Assembly: GCA_048772705.1 (NCBI GenBank)
Contig: JBLWGC010000215.1
Coordinates: forward strand, 1-26,539
Length of the DNA stretch: 26,539 nucleotides
Direction of reading: 5' to 3'
Source of the DNA: Leidyana gryllorum EB-2025a
Taxonomy: Eukaryota > Protista > Apicomplexa
Below, piece by piece: positions 10,016 to 19,433 of this stretch. The notes under the pieces are model-generated. The model was given only the letters and a program-made list of their open reading frames with translations. It had not been told where the DNA came from and made no database searches. Each line of letters opens with the position of its first letter. Positions within the stretch are counted from its first letter, which is position 1. The position numbers and the translations under genes are program-made.

Positions 10016-10086
10016 TGCACCTGCCGGGACTCGAACCCGGGCTGCGAGCATGGGAAGCTCGCATCCTACCCTTGGACCACAAGTGC
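10016..10086 (-). tRNA. tRNA-Gly(CCC), intact
   Basis: CGAGC TTCCCAT GCTCG arm, GGTTCGAGTCC B box. Confidence 0.92.
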
Positions 10087-10283
10087 ACTCGAGAAAGAGC
10101 TTCAGAACCCCGAGAGTCGGCCGCAGTCTGCGTTGAGCTAGTGGGTGCCTCAGGTACTGGCAGGTTCCAGTCTGCGACTTTGTGGCTAAGAGGCTTACCC
10201 TCTGGTGGCTGAACTACGAGGCTCGGCTAAGATGATTGGAGCTTGAGAGCTTCAGCTTTGCAGGTGCCCAGTCGATGCAGTCG

Positions 10284-10355
10284 AGCCTTCTGCCGGAAAC
10301 GAACCGGCGACCTTTCGCTTACTAAGCGAATGCTCTGCCCCTAAGCTAAGAAGGC
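10284..10355 (-). tRNA. tRNA-Thr(AGT), A58T variant
   Basis: TTCGC TTAGTAA GCGAA arm, T-loop TTCGTTT. Confidence 0.8.
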
Positions 10356-10431
10356 AATGCAAGCCGAAGATCACGAGTCAGTCACTATTGACGGAGGTTA
10401 CTGGAGCACTTTGCTCGAATAGTCCAATGAC

Positions 10432-10503
10432 TTCCACTGTCGGACTTGAACCCGGATCGTGCGGGTGAAAGCCGCATATCCTAGCCACTTAGACTACAGT
10501 GGA
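10432..10503 (-). tRNA. tRNA-Glu(TTC), T-stem damaged
   Basis: Same body as 358-430 with loop CTTTCAC and a 1-nt loss in the T stem. Confidence 0.78.
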
Positions 10504-10902
10504 CAACGTCCTCAGCTGCAGCTTTGGACGAGAGATAGAGCGTCGGGTCAACCGACAACCAACGGGGCTGCTCTGGGAATCAAACCCAGGACTTCTTCTA
10601 CCCTAAGGAAGGATCATACCACCAGACCAAACAGCCGCCTAGCCGGTGGTTCAACCCGCTGGGTATAGTCGAGAGACTCGTCTCACTATGTGAAGTATCA
10701 CTCAGTGCCATGAGGTAGGCACAGAGGGAGGCTGGCCCAGATGATGAAACGGTGGCTTAGTATGCGAAAGGTTCTGGGATCGATTCCCAACCTTTCCGAA
10801 CTACAATAGATGGAACCCTCGCCGGAGTTGTCTAGTTGGCCTATCAACGCTGTCTCCCAAAATCGTCAGGTTGAGTAGTAGTTTTCAAACCATCTCTCTA
10901 CT

Positions 10903-10982
10903 TCCGGTGGGACGGAATCGAACCGCCGACTATCTGATGCCAGTACTACAGTCAGATGCTCTACCAACTGAGCTACCCCCGG
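10903..10982 (-). tRNA. tRNA-Tyr(GTA) with 7-nt intron (10939-10945)
   Basis: C1:G72 and A73. TCTGA CTGTAG[TACTGGC]A TCAGA. Length 73+7 nt. G5:A68 mismatch. Confidence 0.87.
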
Positions 10983-11380
10983 CCGGCCAACGGCGTCGAG
11001 GTTCGCAAGCTCAACCTCAAACCCTCGACGGTGACAATTTAAGCTCTCAACTACGCCACAGATTTCGGGGTCGTCCGAGGTGCCAGACTCAAGTTCTGGT
11101 AAGACTAGACGATCTGGGATATCGATCCTAGTAGCTGGTTGCATCCAATGGCTCAGCGCTCAGTATTTCCGCCTATTACCCGGAAGACCAGGGTGGATTC
11201 CCGGTATCGGAGCAGTTCCAGCCCCTCACAACTGCTGCAACTCAGATTTTGTCTCAGCTGGTCTGGACTTCATCCGGGATTATACGAGTGGGAGCCGCGT
11301 ATGGTAGCCGACCTTGGAGAGACGTGGCATTCAGTCAACAACTATCAGACGGGCTCTTCTGGCAATCGAACACGGGCCTT

Positions 11381-11748
11381 CTTCCACCCTAAGGAAGGAC
11401 CATACTACTAGACCAAACAGCCGCCTCTCGGTCGTGCAAACCGCTGAGGACACTTGAGAAAGTGACACCAAATGTCACACCGTCACTGCCTCGGCCGTGG
11501 ATCGAACACGGGACTTCCAGATCTTCAGTCTGGCGCTCTCCCAACCGAGCTACCGAGGCGGTAGGTAGCTACGGAAGGCGATGAAAATAAGCACTTACCG
11601 CGGCCGTATGTGAGGCCACTCCTCGCCGCATGGCGAAATCGACAGTAGCCAACTTGCCCGAGTGGGGAAGGGGGGTAGATTGGAATTCATGCGTAAGTTG
11701 GTGTCTGACCCCTCCAATCACATCGCACGACAACTGCTGGATCTGCAC
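11381..11748 (-). repeat. 368-bp inverted copy of 2772-3139
   Basis: I see only two substitutions between the copies. Includes Phe 11487-11559 with the shared A14G change. Confidence 0.92.
11487..11559 (-). tRNA. tRNA-Phe(GAA), A14G variant
   Basis: Identical to 2961-3033. Confidence 0.85.
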
Positions 11749-11827
11749 CAGCGCGCCCAGTTGAATTCTGTGGTGGAAATGATGCTATTCCCAGCATCAA
11801 ACCCTCATATGGATCGAGACAGGGAGT

Positions 11828-11899
11828 GCCTTTTCAGCTTAGGGGCAGAGCATTCGCTTAGTAAGCGAAAGGTCGCCGGTTCGATTCCGGCAGAAGGCT
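11828..11899 (+). tRNA. tRNA-Thr(AGT), near-intact (U8C)
   Basis: TTAGTAA loop, GGTTCGATTCC B box. Confidence 0.83.
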
Positions 11900-11948
11900 T
11901 TGCTCACGACCCAATCAATTCTATAGCTGTTTCCCTCCTGCGCACACT

Positions 11949-12020
11949 TAGCAGTGCGTCGTTTCGATCGACGGACCTTTGGGTTATGAGCCCAACACTC
12001 TTCCACTGAGCTACACTGCT
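11949..12020 (-). tRNA. Initiator tRNA-Met(CAT), intact
   Basis: A1:U72, three G:C pairs closing CTCATAA, T-loop ATCGAAA (A54/A60), all eukaryotic initiator signatures. Confidence 0.94.
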
Positions 12021-12156
12021 CGGTCTGCAACATGGAAGAGGGAGCCGAAATGCGATTCTTGAGATGTTAATTGCCTTGCGTGCCGAAGTCTGCTAACGAG
12101 CTGGCTGCGTTGGTTCTAAAAACTGCTTATCTCATCGGGTCAACCGACAACCAAGA

Positions 12157-12228
12157 GGGCTGTTCTGGGAATCGAACCCAGGACTCCTTCCACCCTAAGG
12201 AAGGATCATACCACTAGACCAAACAGCC
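12157..12228 (-). tRNA. tRNA-Pro(AGG), intact
   Basis: Identical to 5605-5676. Confidence 0.92.
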
Positions 12229-12316
12229 GCCTGTCGGTCGTGCAACCCACTGGGTACACTCGAGATCGTGGTCATACTATGTGAAGTACCACTAAATGCG
12301 ATGGGGTCTGCACAGC

Positions 12317-12389
12317 GGGGGACTAGCTCAAATGGTGAAGCGCTCGCTTAGCGTGCAAGAGGTACTGGGAACAATGCCCAGGTCGTCCA
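12317..12389 (+). pseudogene. tRNA-Ala(AGC) pseudogene
   Basis: Ala body with damaged anticodon stem and T loop. Paralogs at ~5765, ~10725, ~15259, ~15751 and 20269. Confidence 0.8.
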
Positions 12390-12667
12390 AAGTTTGTAGT
12401 ACTGCAACTGGCGCTATTTGACTACAGAGTTGAGAGCTTTGAGGGTGCCCTGTAGCCCTTAGATAGACTTGGGCACCGCAGTATGTGTGAAGGTTGCCTC
12501 AGAGACGGGATCTCCGAGTTTGTATTTTACAACCACACGCTCTGCCGACTAAAGTACAAGAGCCAGTTCCAATATCTCAGAGGTTAGTAGAGATACGCGT
12601 GTTGCATGTGTCCGGTTGAGGGCTAGTCCGGATGCTCTACCAACTCTTTTTTATGAAGGAGTGAATG

Positions 12668-12739
12668 GGTTGCGTGGTGTAGTGGTTAGCACTGGAGACT
12701 CTGAATCTCCCGATCTGGGTTCGATTCCCGGCGCGACCT
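12668..12739 (+). tRNA. tRNA-Gln(CTG), intact
   Basis: GGAGA CTCTGAA TCTCC arm, U73, canonical boxes. Confidence 0.92.
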
Positions 12740-12802
12740 CGCAACTAATTCTCACTGCTTTGTGAAACCTCACCACTCCTCTTGATCTGCGGGACCTTCC
12801 GT

Positions 12803-12875
12803 GCAGCCATGGTCTAGTGGTTACGACGTCTGCTTAACACGCAGAAGGTCCCGAGTTCGATCCTCGGTGGCTGTA
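12803..12875 (+). tRNA. tRNA-Val(AAC), intact
   Basis: TCTGC TTAACAC GCAGA arm, GAGTTCGATCCTC T arm. Confidence 0.92.
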
Positions 12876-13035
12876 GCTCGAACATGTGAAGTGAGCTCCA
12901 CCCAAAGCGAGGAAACGTGCTGTCTTCGAGGCAGGGCATCGAACCCGCGTCTTCTGCGTCTTCAACCCTAGAAGTCTTCCTTCTCGAGAACTTCACGGAC
13001 AGAAAACGTGTAAAGTGGCGAGCCAAGAACGCTCC

Positions 13036-13115
13036 GGCAAGATGGCCGAGTGGTCTAAGGCGGTGTGTTCAGGCCGCAGTCCGAAAAGGCGTGGGTTCGA
13101 ATCCCACTCTTGTCA
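13036..13115 (+). tRNA. tRNA-Leu(CAG), near-intact
   Basis: TTCAGGC loop, G27:G43 mismatch, same body and flanks as Leu(AAG) 5209. Confidence 0.83.
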
Positions 13116-13185
13116 GCCGTTGTATTGTATTGGTAGGTAGTCCCCTCTCTTCACTGATAGACAGGTCGTTCGAGCTACATACGGC

Positions 13186-13256
13186 TGCACCTGCCGGGAC
13201 TCGAACCCGGGTTACGACCTTGGAAGGGTCGCATCTTACCCTTAGACCACAAGTGC
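13186..13256 (-). tRNA. tRNA-Gly(TCC), intact
   Basis: CGACC CTTCCAA GGTCG arm, canonical B box. Confidence 0.92.
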
Positions 13257-13328
13257 AATTGCACCCCGAGACACTCGGGCGATTTCTGCGCGCCACCGTC
13301 CGCCATACACCCAAAATTGTCCACCGAC

Positions 13329-13400
13329 TCCAGACTCATTGCATTGTGGTCAGGGATGGATTTCCAGACTCATTGCATTGTGGTCAGGGATGGATTTCCA
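13329..13400 (+). repeat. Perfect 34-bp tandem duplication
   Basis: TCCAGACTCATTGCATTGTGGTCAGGGATGGATT x2 followed by TCCA. Confidence 0.93.
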
Positions 13401-13426
13401 ACATCTTCAACCTTCAGGTCATCTTT

Positions 13427-13498
13427 AGGGCACGCGCGGAGTTGAACCACGGACTTACTGATCGGCAGTCAGCTGCTCTACCACTGAGCTACGAACCC
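13427..13498 (-). tRNA. tRNA-Cys body with GCC anticodon
   Basis: U73, GCTGA CTGCCGA TCAGT arm. The paralogous half gene at 17348 has GCA. Confidence 0.78.
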
Positions 13499-13591
13499 AC
13501 AAAATACCCGTCATACTCGCTCAACTCGATTCTGTCTTCTCGTTTGCAAAACGGCCGTTATTGTGCACGAGCTTGAACAACAACGAGTCAT

Positions 13592-13662
13592 GCATCTGTG
13601 GTCTAGTGGTAGAATGTCTCGTTGCCATCGAGACGACCCGGGTTCGATTCGCGGCAGATGCA
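13592..13662 (+). tRNA. tRNA-Gly(GCC), one T-stem mismatch
   Basis: TTGCCAT loop, T stem CCGGG/CGCGG. Confidence 0.82.
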
Positions 13663-13726
13663 GAGGAGATAGCACATGGTTGAGTTTTATGCGTGAGTTG
13701 GTGTTTGACCCTCCGATCACATCGCA

Positions 13727-13808
13727 CGACAACTGCTGGATTTGAACCTGCGCGGGCCAGGCCCAGTAGATTTCAAGTCTACCCCCTTAACCACTCGGGC
13801 AAGTTGCC
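13727..13808 (-). tRNA. tRNA-Ser(TGA), one T-stem mismatch
   Basis: GTAGA CTTGAAA TCTAC arm, same body as Ser(AGA). Confidence 0.84.
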
Positions 13809-14041
13809 AACGGTCGAACTTGGCATCCCGCAGACAGTGGCTTCACATACTTTTCAGCAAGCTTGACTCGGACTTCTCGCGCTGCCGAACCTGCGGTCTC
13901 CCATCAAAAGTCTTGCGCCCTACCGACGGACTTGGGGCGGCAACGAAGCTCGGACTTAGTAAATAGTTCTTTTCGTATTGGTCGCAGAATGTTGGGGCTT
14001 CCTCGGGTCCAGGGCAACTATTCATCAGAGATCCACTCACT

Positions 14042-14115
14042 TGGTCACGCCCGGGCTCGCGCCCGGGACCTTGAGCTTATTAGGCTCACGCTCTAACCGA
14101 CTGAGCTACGCGACC
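14042..14115 (-). tRNA. tRNA-Ile(AAT), T-loop TTC changed to CGC (likely inactive)
   Basis: TGAGC CTAATAA GCTCA arm, B box destroyed. Paralog at ~16702-16776. Confidence 0.78.
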
Positions 14116-14345
14116 ACTTCTGCGACGACAGATGGCACCGACGCGGATGCTCGATCCCCCTGAGTTGGAATCAAACATCAGAGCCATTCAGAAACTGGCA
14201 AAAAGCTGTAGACGGCGCAGCGCTGGAAGGCGTCGGCCCGAATCCCACTATACTCAGGTTGCCCAACATGAAAGAGGGAGCCGTAACGCGTGCTGTGCCG
14301 ACTGCTTCAACAGTACTGGGGGCTGTACCGGGATAGTGGGTTGTC

Positions 14346-14417
14346 GACTGTTTGGTCTAGTGGTATGATTCTTCCTTTGGGTGGAAGAAGTCCTGGGTTC
14401 GATTCCCAGAACAGCCC
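14346..14417 (+). tRNA. tRNA-Pro(TGG), A2:C71 mismatch
   Basis: CTTCC TTTGGGT GGAAG arm, canonical boxes. Confidence 0.83.
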
Positions 14418-14606
14418 GTCTGTCAGTTGTTGACTCAATACGCCACGTCTCTTCAAGGTTGTCCAAGATATGCTGCTCCGACAGCTGAGACAAGATTTGA
14501 GTTGTATATGCATGGAATCTTCGCCAGATTCATTCCAGTTGGCCCATCAACGATGTCTGCCAAAACCCATCAGGTTGAGTAGTACTTTGCCAATCACCAC
14601 TCTACT

Positions 14607-14686
14607 TCCGGTGGGACGGAATCGAACCGCCGACTATCTGATGCCAGCACTGCAGTCAGATGCTGTACCAACTGAGCTACCCCCGG
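14607..14686 (-). pseudogene. tRNA-Tyr body with GCA anticodon and 7-nt intron
   Basis: TCTGA CTGCAG[TGCTGGC]A TCAGA. D-stem substitution. Otherwise matches 10903-10982. Confidence 0.8.
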
Positions 14687-15097
14687 CCGTCCAACTGCTG
14701 TCCAACTGCTCCGGGGTTCGAAATGCTCAACCCCAGATCCTCGCCCTTTCGGACTGCGGTCTGAAGACAGCGCCTTAGACAACTCCGCCATCTTCGCACA
14801 GTGTTGTTGGTTCATCACTCCACGCGTTTTCTGTGCTTGGAATCCCATAATGGAAGAACTTTTGGGGTTGGAGGCCGACGTGTTCAGAGCGTCCGAGATT
14901 GTATAGTGGTTAGTATTTTCGCCTGTCACGCGGAAGACCCGCGTTCTATTCCCGGCCTCGAAGCAGTTCCAGCCCCTCACAAGTGCTGCAAATCAGATTT
15001 TGTCTCAGCTGGTCTGGACTTCATCCGGGATTGTACGAGTGGGAGCCGCGTATTTCAGCCGACCTGCGGGAGACGTGACGAGTCAGCACTATCAGAC

Positions 15098-15169
15098 CGG
15101 CTGGTCTGGGAATCGAACCCAGGACTTCTTCCACCCGAAGGAAGGATCATACCACTAGACCAAACAGCC
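15098..15169 (-). tRNA. tRNA-Pro(CGG), acceptor substitutions
   Basis: TTCGGGT loop. A second CGG copy lies at 18250-18321. Confidence 0.77.
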
Positions 15170-15566
15170 AGGTCCTCGGTAATGCAACACACCGGGTACA
15201 GCCGAGAGACTGGTCATACTGTGTAAAGGATCACGGAATGCCATGGGGCTTGCGCTACAGGCGACTAGCTCAGATGCTTGAGTGGTCACTCAGCGTGCGG
15301 AAGGGACTGGGCTCGATGCCTAGCCCATCCAAACTATATGCATAGAATCTTCGCCAGTATAAGTACAGTTGGAACATCAACACTGTCTGCCAAAGCCCAG
15401 CAGGGGGAGTAGTAGTTTTCAAAGCACATCTCTACTTCCGGTGGGAGGGAATCGTGGTGAGATGCCGGCACTTTCCCATTTGTCAGTGCCGTAGGGGGGC
15501 AGGCTGAAGAGGCGGCTGTTTGGTTTAGTGGTATGATTCTTCCTCGGGTAGGGAACGTTGCAAGTG

Positions 15567-15639
15567 GGTCTTGTAGCTCAGTCGGCAGAGCGTGTGGCTG
15601 TTAACCACAAAGTCGCAGGTTCGAAACCTGCCAGAACCG
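15567..15639 (+). tRNA. tRNA-Asn(GTT), one acceptor mismatch
   Basis: CTGTTAA loop, GGTTCGAAACC B box. Confidence 0.86.
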
Positions 15640-15915
15640 GATTCAGAGGCACCCTAGACATTGACTGCGGTGCATGGCACTTGTGGTCTGCGACCCTTCA
15701 AAGATGATAGGGTTGGGTTTGGATCCTGGCACGTGCAGCCGTACGTACTTTGGATGACCTGGGCATCAATCCCAGTACCTTTCACATGCTAAGCAAGCGC
15801 TCTACCATTCAAGCCAGTCGCCCATTCAGCAAATCCAAGTGCACACAGTGATTTTTACATGGTATGACCAGTCTCCAAACTGCATCGATCACTTGCACCA
15901 GTTTGTGCTCCACTT

Positions 15916-15988
15916 TGCACAAGCGGGACTCGAACCCTCAACCTTTGCCTTAGGAGGCCACTCGCGCTATGCATTGTGCCACAACCGC
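15916..15988 (-). pseudogene. tRNA-Arg(CCT)-like pseudogene
   Basis: CTCCTAA loop on a body resembling Arg(CCG) 8780, acceptor degraded. Confidence 0.65.
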
Positions 15989-16701
15989 ATTCGGGACCCA
16001 TCCGACTTTTGAGTGGGACAGAATCGGGCCACCCCGAGGAGTTTCGTTCTGCGCAGCAAATCAAAATCAACTTATGATGCTGGCAACTTGCCCGCGTGGG
16101 CCGGCAGCTACCGGTTCCGGCCCCCGCGAGCTTAAACCCAGCAATCGTTGTGTGATGTGATCTGGCATTGACCGTAGGAAGTCGCCTAGAATCCGCGAAG
16201 ACTAACGACGAGGGTGAGAATTGATCTCCTGCGGCTGGAGCGCAACGGCTTCGCAGCCCGCCGCCTCAACCACTTGGCCACCTTGCCAGGGAGCTTTTCG
16301 AAAATCTTTCAATTGGCTCTTGTACAGCTCCCAGCGTAGAGCGTTGAATTTGAGTTGGGCCGAAACCTCAGTTTAATCACTGAAGCAGTTGCGCCCTCCC
16401 CGAACGCTACCGACAAGAGTGAGATTCGAGCTCACCCGGGAGAAGCGCAACGGCTTCTTAGCCCGCCGCCTTAACCACTCGGCCACCGTCAAGAGTGGAA
16501 CGGATTACACCTTCCCTTGGGAAACCGTGCGAACTGTTAGTGGATATGGTACACCCCTTCTCGATGGCAGTATGTGGCTCTGGAATGACTGTTTGGTGAG
16601 GTGGACCAAGGTCTGAATGACCGCTTCAGTGCCAATCATGGTGCTTTGGTGAGCACATCACTCGCTCCTTCGGTTAGCAACTGTTCACCTCAACTCTGAA
16701 G

Positions 16702-17385
16702 GAGTCGCGTATTTCAGTTGGTTAGAGCGTGAGCCTAATAAGTTCTGAGTCCGCGATTGGAGCCAGGGGTGACCAAGTGAGTGGATCTCTGATACAGATT
16801 CGCCCTGTACCCGAGGAAGACCCAAGATTCCCCAATCAATAGGAATGCAATTTGTTACTGAGTCCGAGCTTCCTTGCCGGCCCAAGCCCGTCCGTAGAAC
16901 GCAAGACTTTCGATGGGAGAACCGCCGGTTCGGGCCGCGCGAGCAGTCCTAGTCAAGCTTGCCGAACCGTATGTGAGGCCACTGGCCGCAAAATGCTGAG
17001 TGCGACAGTTGGCAACTTGCCCAAGTGGTTAAGGGGGTAGACAAGAAATCTACTGGGCCTGGCCCGCGCCCGCGCTGGTTCAATCCAGCAATTGCCGTGC
17101 GATGTTATTGGAGTGTCAAACACCAACTCACGCCTGAAGCCCTCGAATGGTGGCAAGGTCAACCTTATGCTATCTTCTCTGCACCTGCCGGGAATCGAAC
17201 CCGGGTCGTCTCGATGGTAACGAGACATTCCACCACCACTAGACCACAGATCCGTAAGACATTGTTGTTAAAGCTCGTACACAATAACGGCCGTTTGTTC
17301 AAATGAGAAGACAGAATCGAGTTGAGCGAGTATGAGGGGCAGCTCGTGGGTACGTAGCCCAGTGGTAGAGCAGCTGAATGCAGAT
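16702..17385. pseudogene. Degenerate Ile-Lys-Ser-Gly-Cys module
   Basis: Inverted paralog of 13427-14115 with spacers. A partial direct paralog lies at ~500-930. Confidence 0.85.
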
Positions 17386-18068
17386 CAGCAGTGTTGGAAA
17401 TCTGAAGTCGGGAACTTCTGGGTGTGAAGCACACATCATGACCACTGGATGATGGCGGCACGGAGCTTACGGACTAGGAAAAGGGGCCTGTGTCTCCGGA
17501 AACACGCATCCTGTTGCCTGGTTGTTACGTAGCGGCCTGTAGCTACATAGAAGTTGGACGGTCTGAAGTAGTTCACTTGGTGAAGCATCTGACGCTCCTC
17601 TTGCATCCCATCCTGATTGATGCCTCACTACCTCTATAGCCTCACTTGAAGATTCTCCGGGTCGTGTAGTGCTTAGAACAACAAGTTGTGGCCGTGTATA
17701 TCCATGCGTGGTCCCTAGCTTAGATACTCCGTGCGCGGTGTCTCGAACGGGAGATATAGGTGGAGTTTGTCCAAACGCACGACCGGGCGTAGCTACATGC
17801 CGGCTTACACGGAGACACCGGCATCCAAACACACGTGTGTGCTCGGCACTGACCAACGGAAGTTACCACTAACTGACGAAACGATGCGCGATGGGTTGAG
17901 ATCGAAGCCGGGTACGGGACCCCTCGATGATCTGTCCGCCTCCGTCGAGTTGGAGGAGGACGAACGTGACGAGCAGCCAGTGCAGCCGGTCACGAATTAC
18001 TACAACGCTCCCAGCGAAAGTGTCCTCTCTTGATCGCTACACACTTCCATTTGACGGTTCCGTTAGTT

Positions 18069-18141
18069 GGCGCTATGACCTAATGCATATGGCATCGGTC
18101 TACGGAACCGGGGACTCTGGGCTCGAGTCCCAGTAGCGTCT
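18069..18141 (+). pseudogene. tRNA-Arg(ACG), degenerate D and T loops
   Basis: GGCGCTA/TAGCGTC acceptor, TCGGT CTACGGA ACCGG arm. Confidence 0.75.
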
Positions 18142-18359
18142 GGGCTACTGTCGGGTTTCAGCCCCGACTTTGTCCGGGATGGGTCGAGTGAGAGCCACAT
18201 ATCTCAGCCGATCGAGAGACGTGCCGTGTTGAGTCAACAACTATCAGACGGGCTGTTCTGGGAGTTGAACCCAGGACTTCTTCCACCCGAAGGAACAATC
18301 ATACCACTAGACCACACAGCCGCCTATCGGTGGTGCAAAACAGATCAACTTACGAGATC

Positions 18360-19433
18360 TGGCCAACAGAAGCGGCGATCTGACTATCGAGGTGGATCGC
18401 CTGATCGTCGATCAGCGCCCGTCTCCACCTCTGCTCAACTCAAACCGCGAACATCGATGCCGACATACCTTTTCTCCAACCTCTGGTGCTCGAGGCACCC
18501 ACCATCACCAACGCGGGAACGACCTCGGCGAGGGGAGACGTGCCTCTGAAAGCCTCGAAGCTGCTCGTCAAAGCGGTCGATTTCACAACAAAGACTATGG
18601 TTGCGTGGTTGGAACCGATTGACAATTGTTGCTGAGGTCCTCGTCAACGGAGTCAATTATCAGACCACGGCATCTGGTGCCACCCATTCGACCACCGGTC
18701 AACCGTCTATTTCCACCATGGGGGCCAACGCGCAGATCAAACTGCGGGTGAAGAAAGATCTGGTGAATATTGACAGCCGGGTCAGCTGCAGGCCCGTCGC
18801 AGGGCGGAGGGAGCTTTGTTCAAGGTGCGTTTGGGCGGCATTCGTTGTCTATTGTGTTCATGCACTTCTGGAAAAAGGTGGGCCTGACAAATATCAGTGT
18901 CTGTCCGTCTGTGAGTAGGGTGAGAGCCTACCCCCAACTGTATGGGAAGCGTCGTGGGGTAACAGGGGGGTTTTGGTCGAGTCGTGGTATTCTGCGTGCT
19001 CCCGCGTCCGATACATCCCTAAGAGACGGTCCTTGGAGGACGACTCCTGCCCCTACTGTAGGTAGAACTAGAGGTTTTCAGACTACATGTAGACTGGTTT
19101 TTCAGTAGACCGGCCTACGTGCGTACCACTACGTAAACTGAGCCCCATCTTAATCGTGCACTAATCTGTTTTGTTCGTTGTTCGTTCTCCGTCTGTCTGT
19201 GTATCTACTAGTTGTGCCCAAAAACCCTGTATTGTATGGCCTGCGTCAGTCTGCTGTAACGGGCTATACGGGCTATAGAGGCACAGCCAAACAACACAAT
19301 CAGACGAGAACTACACGATGGACTAGTCCAACTCTGCTCTCGTGTGTCTCTCACTCTACCCATGTGCCAGTCGCTCGCACTCCTGCGGAGTCTCGCGGTG
19401 GATACAGACGGTAAGTTCGACTCGACCCCCACA
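18360..19433 (+). mobile_element. Probable second, internally deleted LTR-retrotransposon relic
   Basis: Retropepsin-like remnant EVLVNGVNYQTTASGATHS (~18634-18690). G-tract AACAGGGGGG, then a ~460-bp segment bounded by a 10-bp inverted repeat GGTCGAGTCG/CGACTCGACC and ending ACA. Confidence 0.45.

Noticed and set aside
17873-17920. Hammerhead ribozyme core suggested by CTGACGA
   Set aside because: No stem II followed by GAAA and no flanking helices could be formed.
164-18136. Dozens of 60-220 aa ORFs, with recurring peptides such as PGSIPG and GIEP
   Set aside because: They are translations of tRNA B boxes and stems, overlap on both strands, and show no protein motifs.
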